DNA of 63,698 bases, the filler included, from Octopus bimaculoides (taxonomy: Eukaryota), in assembly GCF_001194135.2 (NCBI RefSeq). It is 7 parts of 7 records of this genome, joined end to end, with 100 filler letters (N's around TTAATTAATTAA, not from the genome) between each part and the next. Parts side by side here need not be neighbours in the genome. Positions count along the whole stretch, not along the records: positions 1 to 18,255 come from NC_068983.1; positions 18,356 to 33,906 come from NC_068996.1; 5 more parts are not named here. The stretch is one strand, 5' to 3'. The first letter of the stretch is position 1. Each line of letters opens with the position of its first letter. The position numbers and the translations under genes are program-made. The notes beneath the pieces are model-generated. The model was not told the origin of the DNA, made no database searches, and was given only the letters and a program-made list of their open reading frames with translations. Below are positions 14,452 to 26,166 of the stretch, one piece after another.

Positions 14452-14810
14452 ACTCTTTTACTTGTTTCAGTCATTTGACTGTGGCCATGCTAGAGCACCG
14501 CCTTTAGTCGAGGAAATCGACCCCAGGACTATTCTTTGTAAGCCTAGTACTTATTCTATCAGTCTCTTTCGCTGAACCGCTAAGTTACGGGGACGTAAAC
14601 ACACCAGCATCGGTTTGTCAAGCGGTGTTGGGGGGGACAAACACAGACACATGAACATTTACAGTTTCCGTCTACCAAATCCACTCACAAGGCTTTGGTT
14701 GGCCAGAGACTATAGTAAAGGACACTTGCTCAAGGTGCCACGCAGTGGGACTGAACCCAGAACCATGCAGTTCGTAAGCAAGCTACTTACCACACAGCCA
14801 TTCCTATGCC
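14452..14810 (-). mobile_element. tRNA-derived SINE family A, near full length
   Basis: Reverse complement aligns head to tail with 14892-15419. Confidence 0.85.
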
Positions 14811-14891
14811 TGCTTACATAATTGAAAAAAAAAAGTGAAAAAATTATGGGAGGTAATTTAACAGAAACAAAAAGATATATGTACATATAGC

Positions 14892-15158
14892 CGTAGGAGT
14901 GGCTGTGTGGTAAGTAGCTTGCTTACCAACCACATGGTTCCGGGTTCAGTCCCACTGCGTGGCACCTTGGGCAAGTGTCTTCTACTATAGCCTCGGACCA
15001 ACCAAAGCCTTGTGAGTGGATTTGGTAGACGGAAACTGAAAGAAGCCCGTCGTATATATGTATATATATATATATATATATATGTCATCATCATCATCGT
15101 TTAACGTCCGCTTTCCATGCTAGCATGGGTTGGACGATTTGACTGAGGACTGGTGAAA

Positions 15159-15220
<62 letters not shown>

Positions 15221-15419
15221 ATGTGTTTGTTCCCCCCAACATCGCTTGACAACCGATGCTATTGTGTTTAGGTCCTTGTAACTTAGCAGTTCGGCAAAAG
15301 AGACCGATAGAATAAGTACTAAGCTTACAAAGAATAAGTCCTGGGGTCGATTTGCTCGACTAAAGGCGGTGCTCCAGCATGGCCACAGTCAAAAGACTGA
15401 AACAAAAGAGTAAAAGAGA
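14892..15419 (+). mobile_element. tRNA-derived SINE family A, full length, with a nested insertion
   Basis: A-box tggctgtgtggt, B-box gggttcagtccc, central ggcaccttgggcaagtgtcttc, internal (TA)n/(TG)n, tail gactgaaacaaaagagtaaaagag. Confidence 0.9.
15085..15157 (-). mobile_element. 5'-truncated family B tail nested in the (TA)n of SINE A
   Basis: (CAT)n-cgtttaacgtccgctttccatgctagcatgggttggacg; atatgt on both flanks (possible TSD). Confidence 0.8.
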
Positions 15420-16343
15420 ATACATACATGCATATAATGTACATATGCATTTTAAGAATTACATGAACAAATTTTAACATTTTTTCCCAAATGATTGGAA
15501 AATTGGAAACAAAGGACATTGTTTGCATGACAGTGACACTCATTTACATTTATCATGTGATGTCAAGGCAAGGAGACAGTAAAATACACACACATATAAC
15601 AGGTTTCTTTCAGTCACCATCTACCAAGTCCATTCACAAGGCTTTGGTTGGCCCAGGGCTATAGTTAAAGACACTTACCCCAGGTGCCATGCAGTGGGAT
15701 GAAACCTGGAACCTTGTAGTTGGGAAATAGATTTCTTACCACACAACCACACCTATATCCCCCCTACCTCTCTCTCTCTACATACACAAATGCGTATGTA
15801 TATATGTGAATAAAAATATGGAAATATAAGTCAGCATCATTATTTTACAACTGCTTTCTGTGCTGGCAGAAGTTGGACAGGTCATTGCTACACTCCTCAA
15901 CCAATCAAAAGACTACATTTCATAGGTAAGCTTCATTTTTTTGCTTTGTTTTCTATGATTGGACTTTCTAATATCAACTACTGGACTTCCTTTTTTTTAT
16001 AGTATTAGCACTAGGGAGATTGACGTATCTTTAACAACCATACAGAGTACACTGAGTAGAGAGATGTTAGAGATGAGAGCATGCAAAAATACTGATGTAG
16101 AAAATATGCAATGAAGATTACAAGTGTGACATAATTGAGCAAATTAAAGACATTTGTACCAGTTCTGTGCAGTAGAATAAAAACCAAGACCTTGTATTTG
16201 CAAAGCAAGCCTTTTAACAGATAGTTATGTTTGCACCCACACATACATACACCACTAACACTTCAAATGCAGAATAAACTGGTTGTTGCCATGAGAAATA
16301 GTACTTATTTGCAGATGAAGGCCATTATTAGTTTCCTCAGATC

Positions 16344-16395
<52 letters not shown>

Positions 16396-17644
16396 GAAGT
16401 TTTGTTAGGGTGTAATCAGAACCATTTATGAACAAAATCACATTTTCTTGCATGCTATTAATAATATCTTCACTATCATTGAATGATAGCTTCTGTTTCA
16501 AGATAGTGTATATATCAGTAAACAATAAATGAGTCTAGAGCATTTCCTTCAAATTGATTAACTTAATGGTTGTTGTGAATTAATGCTTATGACAAAAATT
16601 CGAAGCTTTCAAGTTCTTCCTTAGTCCAACAAAATATGAAACTACCAGTTCTTCAAATTTAAAATGACGAAAAGTAAAAGACATACAAAAGTCATCATTC
16701 ATGTTACATGAAGATACTATACTGGTAACAAACTTTAAAATCAACATCTAATGCTTAAGGACTTCAAAATATAAAGAGAAAAAAATCAAAACTAAATAAA
16801 TTAAAAGAAAAAAAATCAAATCTGTTAAGAGTCTATTATTTTACTGGTTCTTGCCATCTGACAATAGAAGTGCCATGCATGAAATATGATCATTCCCTTT
16901 AAATACCAACCAATATGAGATCACTTATGATTCTATGGTACAAAAGAATGTTTGTTCTAAAGTGTTCATATTTAAATCGAAACCATCTATCAATTTTATG
17001 CTAAAACCGTTTGCAAAATTATGTTCAAAGCACCAGCAGAAAAAAATTACCAAGCTAGGAAATATTTCCCAAGGCTTGACATACTTTCACAAAAGATTGA
17101 AAACAAAGGACATTGCTTGCATGACAGTGCCACTCTTTTACAATTATCATAATACATGCTGTATGTAAGTGTATATGCATGTGCATGTGTGCATGTACAC
17201 ACTGAACTTCTTTCATTTTCTGTGCCAAATCCATTCAGAAAGCTTTGGTCAGTCCAGAGTTATAATAGAAGACCACTGTCTAAAGTGCCAAGCAATGGAA
17301 CTGAACCTAAAACCATGTGCTTGATAAGCAAACTTCTTATCACAATGCCATGCTAGCACATATCTGCATTTTTGTGTGTGAGGGAAGCTATGAGTTTGTG
17401 TTTCCTTGTCTTAACATTGTGATAGTGGTGAACTATTATAAAAGGTGTCCATTTCCAATCTTGGGTAAAAAATATAATCTAGCTAAGGAAAACTATTATT
17501 TTGCTTGGAAACGGATAAGAGTTAGCAACAGGAAAGACATCAAGCTGTAAAAAGAGTTTGTCTCAGCAAATCCTGTTTGACATATGCAAGCACAGACAAG
17601 TGAACATTAAAATAATGATTATTTAATAGATATGTATACATAGA

Positions 17645-17862
17645 TATGAGGGGTGCTGAAAAGTTCCCAGCTTTGAGTAAAAGAAAATACAAGTGATCAG
17701 TTAATTATGATTTTATTTAACATATTCCCCTCTCAGATTCACACATTTATTGCAGTAGTTCTTCAATTTTTCTAAGCCCTATAAAAGAATTCAGAAGGTT
17801 GGGCCTCCAACCAGGTCTTTCGCAATACCTTTAAAGCCAGCAACTTTTCAGCACTCACTTGT
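17645..17862. mobile_element. Mariner-derived MITE
   Basis: TA-TGAGGGGTGCTGAAAAGTTCCCAGCTTT ... AAAGCCAGCAACTTTTCAGCACTCAC imperfect TIRs of mariner type. Confidence 0.75.
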
Positions 17863-18355
17863 GTGTGTGTGTGTGTGTGTGTGTATGTACACACATACAC
17901 ACACATGCATGCACACGTATATCTTAATATATAAATCTGAAATTGTGTGTTTGTGTGAAGCCTTTTTTGAATGTTTATAGAAATCCACATTTTCCACTTT
18001 TTCGTAAAAATTTTTACATCAATGGAATTTTCTCGATCTGAACTTTCCAGTGCAGTAATTAGATTTTTTTAATTCCGTTTACTTTGTGTGATTTAAGGGA
18101 GATTTGGCTGTTGTTTCTAGCAACTTTTATATTTCATCCCTGCTACCTGGAACGCCATTCTTACACACGTGCTCAATATAAAAATATAGAGAGTAAGAGT
18201 AAAAGAGGGAGAGGAAGAGAGAGAGAAAGTGATACATACAACGTCATAGATTAAANNNNNNNNNNNNNNNNNNNNNNNNNNNNNNNNNNNNNNNNNNNNT
18301 TAATTAATTAANNNNNNNNNNNNNNNNNNNNNNNNNNNNNNNNNNNNNNNNNNNN

Positions 18356-18648
18356 ATGATAGGAATTGTTTCTGTTTTTAGATTCCACATTCGAGTTATC
18401 TCTATTTCCAGGTCTTTGTATTTTGAAAGTTTTTCCATTTCTTTTAGAGAAACGTTGTCATCTGCTGGTATTGAAACATCAATTAGAAGGCATTTTTTTC
18501 CTTCATGATCTTTGACAACTATATCTGGTCTATTTGCCTTAATTTCTCTATCTGTGTGTATTGGCATATCCCAGAATATGGTTGCTTTCTCGTTTTCTGT
18601 GACCTTTTCTGGCGTGTGTTTATACCATCTTTTTTCTGTTGCTATTCC
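18356..18648 (-). mobile_element. R4/Dong-type (RLE) non-LTR retrotransposon, 5'-truncated endonuclease region
   Basis: ORF MPIHTDREIKANRPDIVVKDHEGKKCLLIDVSIPADDNVSLKEMEKLSKYKDLEIE carries the RPD...IDV...K..KY restriction-like endonuclease motif; abuts a (TAA)n tract. Confidence 0.85.
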
Positions 18649-18703
18649 ATTATTATTATTATTATTATGATTATTATTATTGTTATTATTATTATTATTA
18701 TTA

Positions 18704-19245
18704 TTTTAAATTATTCACTGCGGAGTACATAGGACGCGTTTTCAAACGCTCCAGGTTGGTTCAGTTTAAAACATTTATTTACACCAATTTGCTGCTTTTT
18801 TCATTATTTACTTTGTTCAAAGTTGTCAATATAAACATCAGGAACCTGCCACTAGTTTTCTTTGTTTGTTTAGACCATCGAGGGGCTATATTCGGCCCAC
18901 AAGATAAGCTCGATGGTCCATTAATTTAATTTAACCAAATACAACTCAACAAGATGGTGAAGCGCGTCTTGAAAGATTTGAGAAAAAAAAAACTGTCCCT
19001 CCGATAAATTTGGTGACTGCTGAAGATTGCTCTTCTCTTCCCTCCGTTAATGGAAACAATACAGGAGAAGGGGAAGATAAAAGCAAAGTGGGAAAACACA
19101 AGGTCCACCTCGTAGTAACAGCAGCGTAAACATTGACAACAGCAAAGGCAGCAATGACAGCAAGAGCTGTAGCAGTGAAAGCAGCAGCAACAGTGATAGA
19201 AGCAGCAGCAGCAGTAGAAGCAGCAGCAGAAGCAGCAGAAGCAGT

Positions 19246-19289
<44 letters not shown>

Positions 19290-21860
19290 TAGTAGTAGTG
19301 GGGGAAACAATAATGCAAAAGACAGCAATAGCGACAGCAGCGCCGATGGCAACAATAACAACAACAATAGTAAAGATATCAACATACAACAACAATAGAA
19401 ACAAAACCAACATCAACAACAGCAGCAGCCGCAGCAGCCGCAGCAAGAAGAAGAAGAAGAAGAAGAAGAAGAAGAAGAAGAAGAAGAAGAAGAAGAAGAA
19501 GAAGAAGAAGAAGAAGAAGAAGAAGAAGAAGAAGAAGAACAACAACAACAACAACAGCAGCAGCAACAACAACAACAATGAGAACATTACTAACAGCAAG
19601 AACACTTTCACTGCGACAACAGCCAAAATCAGGCCACGATTCAATTTGGACCTCACAGATAAAGATGAAAAGCTGGCAAGAGCCTGAAAGTTCATCACGC
19701 AAGAGCAAACCTGGGCCAACTTAACTGCCCCGGTGGAGGCCATCGAAGCAGTGGAACGAAGAACAATGTATTTCAGATACATCTCAGCAGAAACGAAGAA
19801 AGCGGCTTTAATTGTCCAAGCAGATATTGTAGCTGCGCTGAGTGCATAGTGAGGGGGTAGACAATACGGTACCGTTTCGGTGGTATATAAGTCAGAAGCC
19901 CTCGCTTTGAAACATTCAATAAAACCTTGCAAAACCAGCAAAGTAATAATGTATCCCTCCCATATGGGGAAACGAATATCACGTGTCCGCATTCTCAGGA
20001 TCCCACCCAGTGATATGTGGTGGCTTCTAGGATGCATGATTGTGGAGGGTTGGACGGGCACTGTCCCGATAGAGATGACAAAAACTTCCAGGGAGGTCTG
20101 GTCTGGGGTTGACCTGGAGATACTTCTCCAGATCAGGCCAGAATATGTAAAATGAATCCCGGACAATATCCGTCTCCAGAACGGACGGTAATACACATAA
20201 TGACTGAGGACAAAAGGCCGCCGCGTTTCGTTGGTGGAGAACAACCCATTTGCGAGCCTTCTGCCCTCGACTGATAAAAGGTGTGGGAGATCGGGACGAG
20301 GACCACAACCAACACCAGCACCGGCAAAACTATCAACAACAACACCAAAGGAAACCTCACCAAAGACATTTACCACCCAAAAGGGAAATTAGGCAAGCTC
20401 TCTCACTGCCCCATCCAATTATACATATGAATAAAGACATAAATACCACAGACACACTTACAGCCACAGACCCCTCATCATCCAGTAATGAAGATAAAAG
20501 AATACCAAAAGCCCTCAAAAAACAAAAAAGAACATTCAAAAAAAAATTTCCATAAAGGATAACAACGCCCACAATAAAAAATACAAACTCCACCCACGGA
20601 AACATCTCCCTAATAATACCAACACCAACACCAACACAACCAATACTACCACCATCACCAGAATCCTCCAAACGCAAACAACCAAAACAGAGACAGGAAC
20701 AAATACACACACAAACATCTGAAACCGCAGATATCGCACTCACAGGAAGCATAGATACAACCAAAACAACACCAAGAAAACCATCACCACCACAGTTAAG
20801 CAAGTAAATAAAACCGCATCAACAAATCATATACAACTTCGTGCTTATCAAAAGAGCCAAGGAATTGATGGCTCTCGTAGAACAAAGCAAAGAAATTCAG
20901 AGCGGATGATTTTTGAATCGAGCAGATTTCGTGTACCGGATTTGCTTCTGGCGCGAATGTCGCTCGATTTCTACAAAGGAATTCAAGAGATCTTTCCCGG
21001 GGACGTGGAAACCCGAACGTGAAATTCACATCGAAACTTTTAAGGAGGTTCCCAAAAATCCCTCACCAATTATGGAAGTCGAACCACCCGACCTTCAAAA
21101 CACCGAGAGGTAAGTAAACCTTTCCTCTCTCTTTTTCGTTTCCCAACATGGCAATGTTAAGAGTAGGAATTTTAGATGTTTGAGGCCTGGGGTCGCCTAA
21201 GAAGCAGGGTCGCCTGCTCAATGCCCTCAGGTCTTCAGAATTGGACGTAATTCCTGTACGCAAGACCAGGATTTCCAGCAAATGCGCACTAGTCCCCATT
21301 TTCGACGACTATCAGATCTTTGCATCCGTTAGTCAACCGGGAAGGGGAGGTGGGTGGTAGTGCTGTTTAGGAAAGGCGTGGATCTCGAGGTAAAGTCGAT
21401 ATTCCGGAACCCAAACAGTAAGTTGGTGGTCTTGGACGTGAGCAATAGCTAAGTGGTGCATTTAAGCTGGGGGCCATCTATCGGGACCAAACGGCTGGAT
21501 TTCTTTAGGCGTCTGGAAGCCTTTCTGGGTACGTCTCACCCTTTACTGATAGTGGGGGACTGGAACGGCATCTTAGGCGCTCACTGGGATTGTGTGGTAG
21601 TAGCTGATAGCTGGGGGAAAGAGCCTCAAGCACCTGATCAACCTGTTCCAACTCTCTGACAGGTAGTAATGAGATTTCTCTAATGTGCCAGTGTGGACCT
21701 GGACAAACCACATAGGGTCATCTAGATCGTATACAGACAAGATTTTCACCGGGAAAATAGACAGGAGAATGTCCAGTTTTTAAAACGGTCGCCTATTCAG
21801 ATCACAAGTTTGTAATCTGTACGGTAGACCTAGATAAGGCGCGCAGGTTGGGCCCCGGAA
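18704..21860 (+). mobile_element. Tx1/L1-clade LINE: 5' UTR, ORF1 and APE domain of ORF2, 3'-truncated, pseudogenized
   Basis: ORF1 relic about 18954-21113 (RVRILRIPP..., degenerate CCHC knuckle ...THLRAFCPR near 20240). ORF2 begins at 21147 with MAMLRVGILDV*GLGSPKKQGRLLNALRS and includes LIVGDWNGIL, an apurinic-endonuclease signature. Confidence 0.85.
19120..19580 (+). repeat. Compound trinucleotide array (GCA)n-(GTA)n-(AAC)n-(AAG)~33-(AAC)n inside Tx1 ORF1
   Basis: Seen directly; explains the stacked poly-A/V/K/L/F ORFs in the ORF track. Confidence 0.95.
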
Positions 21861-21861
21861 T

Positions 21862-22100
21862 GTGTCTTTGTCTGTGTGTGAGTCTGTCTGTCTGTGTATG
21901 CATGTGTCTTGTTCGTCCCACCACCATCACTTGACAACCGATGTTGGTGTGTTTACATCCCCGTAACATAGCAGTTCGGCAAAAGAAACCGATAGAATAA
22001 GTACTAAGCTTACAAAGAATAAGTCCTGGGGTCAATTTGTTCAACTAAAAGTGGTGCTCCAGCATGGCCGCAGTGAAATGACGGAAACAAGTAAAAGTAT
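21862..22100 (+). mobile_element. SINE family A 3' half
   Basis: cccaccaccatcacttgacaaccgatg...gaataagtcctggggtcaatttg...gctccagcatggccgcagt. Confidence 0.8.
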
Positions 22101-23585
22101 ATATATATATATCTCTTTCTCTTTCCTTTCTCCCCCCCCTCGTTCTTCCTCTGTACTACTACGTATCTCGCCTTACCCCTCTTGTTCTTCCTCTGTACNN
22201 NNNNNNNNNNNNNNNNNNNNNNNNNNNNNNNNNNNNNNNNNNNNNNNNNNNNNNNNNNNNNNNNNNNNNNNNNNNNNNNNNNNNNNNNNNNNNNNNNNNN
22301 NNNNNNNNNNNNNNNNNNNNNNNNNNNNNNNNNNNNNNNNNNNNNNNNNNNNNNNNNNNNNNNNNNNNNNNNNNNNNNNNNNNNNNNNNNNNNNNNNNNN
22401 NNNNNNNNNNNNNNNNNNNNNNNNNNNNNNNNNNNNNNNNNNNNNNNNNNNNNNNNNNNNNNNNNNNNNNNNNNNNNNNNNNNNNNNNNNNNNNNNNNNN
22501 NNNNNNNNNNNNNNNNNNNNNNNNNNNNNNNNNNNNNNNNNNNNNNNNNNNNNNNNNNNNNNNNNNNNNNNNNNNNNNNNNNNNNNNNNNNNNNNNNNNN
22601 NNNNNNNNNNNNNNNNNNNNNNNNNNNNNNNNNNNNNNNNNNNNNNNNNNNNNNNNNNNNNNNNNNNNNNNNNNNNNNNNNNNNNNNNNNNNNNNNNNNN
22701 NNNNNNNNNNNNNNNNNNNNNNNNNNNNNNNNNNNNNNNNNNNNNNNNNNNNNNNNNNNNNNNNNNNNNNNNNNNNNNNNNNNNNNNNNNNNNNNNNNNN
22801 NNNNNNNNNNNNNNNNNNNNNNNNNNNNNNTATATATATATGAAGCAAAAAATGGAGGTACAGTTGATGAATAACAATTGACAGAATCTGTCTTCATCCG
22901 CTCTGATGAGGTTCCGTGTTTCAATTTGATATAACTTATTACTTACAATGATAACTATTACTGTTATTATTGTAGTGGTTAAAACTGAGAATCACGCTAA
23001 CGGAAACAACTGTAAGTTGAGATTCTGTCTTTTTGTAATTAATTAATATATGATAATTAATGTAAATCAATTGTTATTCATCAACTTTTTCCCCATTTTC
23101 TGTTTTGTTTGAATATTGATAAACTTTAGTTCATTTTTTGTCATTACCTATCATTTATGAGCATTAATACCAATACACTAGTGGATTAATTGGATACAAG
23201 TATCCTTTTGACGATTGTTATAACCTATAACTTAACTCACCTACATGTATACATATATATATTATTTACGTCATAAAAATTTATAAACTATCCAGAGAAA
23301 ACGTGAAACAATTCTCTTTTGAAGCAGAGGATCTCGAACTACAAAAAATTAGAAATAACAGCATATGATATATGGCTGAAAAACCCTTTGAATAGAAAAA
23401 GTCGAAGCGTGCCTAGACAGCCTTGAACTTTTTGAGCCCAATATTTACAAGCTATTATTGATGGTTTTATGTGCTTCGAGATCCACTGTCCCAAAAACGA
23501 TATATATATTTATACTTATATGTTAAATAAAATGAAACAAAGAAGGCTGTGTGAAATTTTCAGGACATTTACAAAGAGAAAATTA

Positions 23586-23633
23586 GTCTTACAGCTGTTT
23601 CTGGGATATTAGGGATATCCCTTTATCAGAGAT
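23586..23633 (-). ncRNA. Minimal type-I hammerhead ribozyme motif (core G8 to A, probably inactive)
   Basis: Reverse complement TCT-CTGATAA-A-GGGATAT-CCCTA-ATATCCC-A-GAA-ACAGCTGT-A-AGAC: perfect 7-bp stem II. Confidence 0.65.
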
Positions 23634-23876
23634 GATGTGAGATGGTTAAATGAAGGGAAATAGTAGAGTTCAATATGAGGAGTTAATTTGGGAAAAGAGA
23701 CAAATAAGAAGTATTTAGTGAAATAGGAGAAAGAATGCAGAAATAAAAAAAAATATATATTTTTTATTTCTACATTCAATCTCCTATTTCACTATATACT
23801 CCTTATTTGCCTCTTTTCCCCAAATAACTCCTTATATTGAACTCTACTATTTCCCACTATTTAACCATCTCACATC

Positions 23877-23924
23877 GTCTCTGATGCAGAAATATCCCTA
23901 ATATTCCAGAAACAGCTGTAAGAC
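23877..23924 (+). ncRNA. Minimal type-I hammerhead ribozyme motif (core A9 to C, probably inactive)
   Basis: GTCT-CTGATGC-stem II-GAA-ACAGCTGT-A-AGAC: stem I GTCT/AGAC and palindromic stem III. Confidence 0.65.
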
Positions 23925-24117
23925 TAAATTTCTCCTTATAAATTTCCTGAAAATTCCACACAGCTTTGGCTTTGCTGTCTCATTTTATTTAACATATACA
24001 ACCTCATACAAGACCCGCATTAAATTCCTCACTCGTATGATTATCAAACCGAGAGTTTAGCTTCCATAGCACTTACATAGCGTTACCTAACACCTTGGGT
24101 CTTCTGGATACCAATAC

Positions 24118-24181
<64 letters not shown>

Positions 24182-24584
24182 TATATGTATGTATATAATA
24201 TATACACACATACAAACATATGTGTGTATGTTTAAGATACACCGTAAGGCTAAACCCCTATTAACTGAGAAACACAGAGTGACCTCATAAAACGGCCTAC
24301 TCCACTAATATATATATATATCAATAGTAATAGTATAACAAAAATGTATGAGACCTCGATATTATGTAAACAGAGGAATTTATCTGTAATATAATATGTG
24401 ACAATTATTCGGTTGCCATAATAAAACTCCGAGTTTTTGTTTGTCTTAAAAACTGACGAGATATCGGAGCAGATTTCCGCCCCGACATCCGAAACTTGAA
24501 TAATTATGATAATAATTATATTACAGATAGATTACAGATAAATATTATATTGCAAACACATATATTATATACAAGCACACAAGT

Positions 24585-24950
24585 GCAGAAGTAGCTGTGT
24601 GATAAGAAGTTTGCTTCCCAAACACGCGGTTCCGGGTTTAGTCCCGCTGCATGGCACCTTGGGCAAGTGTCTTCTACTATAGCCTTGGGCCAACCAAAGT
24701 TTTGTAAGTGGATTAGGTAGACGGGCACTGAAAGAAGCCCGTCGTGAATATGTATATGTGTGTGTGTGTGTGTGTATTTGCCCCCCTTCACCACTTGACA
24801 ACCGGTGTTGGCTTGTTTACGTTCCTCCAGCTTTACAGTGTGGCAAAAGAGACCGACAAAATAAGTACCAGGTTTATAAAGTAAGTACTGGGGTTGATTC
24901 ATTCGGCTAAATATTCAAGGCAGTGCTCCGGTATGGCCGCAATCTATTGT
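24585..24950 (+). mobile_element. SINE family A, near full length, diverged
   Basis: gtagctgtgtgataagaagtttgcttccc...ggcaccttgggcaagtgtcttctactatagcc...gtgctccggtatggccgc. Confidence 0.85.
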
Positions 24951-26166
24951 NNNNNNNNNNNNNNNNNNNNNNNNNNNNNNNNNNNNNNNNNNNNNNNNNN
25001 NNNNNNNNNNNNNNNNNNNNNNNNNNNNNNNNNNNNNNNNNNNNNNNNNNNNNNNNNNNNNNNNNNNNNNNNNNNNNNNNNNNNNNNNNNNNNNNNNNNN
25101 NNNNNNNNNNNNNNNNNNNNNNNNNNNNNNNNNNNNNNNNNNNNNNNNNNNNNNNNNNNNNNNNNNNNNNNNNNNNNNNNNNNNNNNNNNNNNNNNNNNN
25201 NNNNNNNNNNNNNNNNNNNNNNNNNNNNNNNNNNNNNNNNNNNNNNNNNNNNNNNNNNNNNNNNNNNNNNNNNNNNNNNNNNNNNNNNNNNNNNNNNNNN
25301 NNNNNNNNNNNNNNNNNNNNNNNNNNNNNNNNNNNNNNNNNNNNNNNNNNNNNNNNNNNNNNNNNNNNNNNNNNNNNNNNNNNNNNNNNNNNNNNNNNNN
25401 NNNNNNNNNNNNNNNNNNNNNNNNNNNNNNNNNNNNNNNNNNNNNNNNNNNNNNNNNNNNNNNNNNNATATATATATATATATATAGTGAAGAATGGAAA
25501 GTTCTGTATACACGTGGGATAGATATATAAGAAAGAAAAGAAAGTATGTGTAATGAAGTTTATGGTGATCATATTACATTATTACAACATTACAAATTTA
25601 ATAAGTACCGGTTTCCCGATCAACCGATTGTCAATTTATTTAGAGAAAACATTTTTGCTGTCAAAAGGACACCATCTTTGAAAAAATGTGAACAGAGATG
25701 GAGCAATATATCAAGGAGAGCAACTCTTATTTTTCATGATGCTCTTCAGTGTTTATCTGTGACTTTTACATTTCTTTCTTATATATAAATATTCATGTTT
25801 ATAAATTGAAGATATAAATATTATAATGATTATATCAGTAGCTAGCGTAAAAATGACCATATCGGTAAAATTAATTTTTAAGCATATAATTATAAAAATA
25901 TAATTATAATTAATGGTGCTGGAATGCCAGCGCTTATACGCAAGAAGTAGATGTCAAATACCTACAATCCACTCTAAATTTGTTCTCTATTTATAACCCC
26001 AGGTTGAATGCGAGGTAACGAGCAATAAGATTTACAAAATATCGGATAATGCTATATCTTAAGATTTCATGCTCTGTAATAGAGATTACTTTGCAATCCT
26101 CAGTAGAAATACACCAGTAAATATATAAACGAAAAATGCATATATATATATATATANNNNNNNNNN

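Larger units (their letters stand above)
23517..23998. repeat. About 480-bp fold-back (two ~240-bp inverted arms), probably a Penelope-like pLTR pair
   Basis: The left arm tatatgttaaataaaatg...gaaataaaaa is mirrored by tttttatttc...cattttatttaacatata, centre about 23757; each arm carries a hammerhead-like motif. Confidence 0.9.

Noticed and set aside
16590-16640. Possible further hammerhead on the minus strand (CTAAGGA...GAAAGCTTC)
   Set aside because: Core mutated and stems I and II cannot be formed convincingly.
18256-18355. TTAATTAATTAA motif, also at 33951, 37965, 47472, 58203 and 59429
   Set aside because: Always exactly N44 + 12 nt + N44 = 100 bp; a palindromic all-frame-stop spacer inserted by the assembly pipeline.
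18926-20376. 476-aa and other stacked minus-strand ORFs
   Set aside because: Antisense shadows of the Tx1 ORF1 trinucleotide arrays; no recognisable domain.
22010-22924. Long ORFs spanning X runs (also 24894-25572, 32003-32924, 39005-40322, 41179-42035, 42674-43340, 45956-46636)
   Set aside because: Open only because N gaps contain no stop codons.
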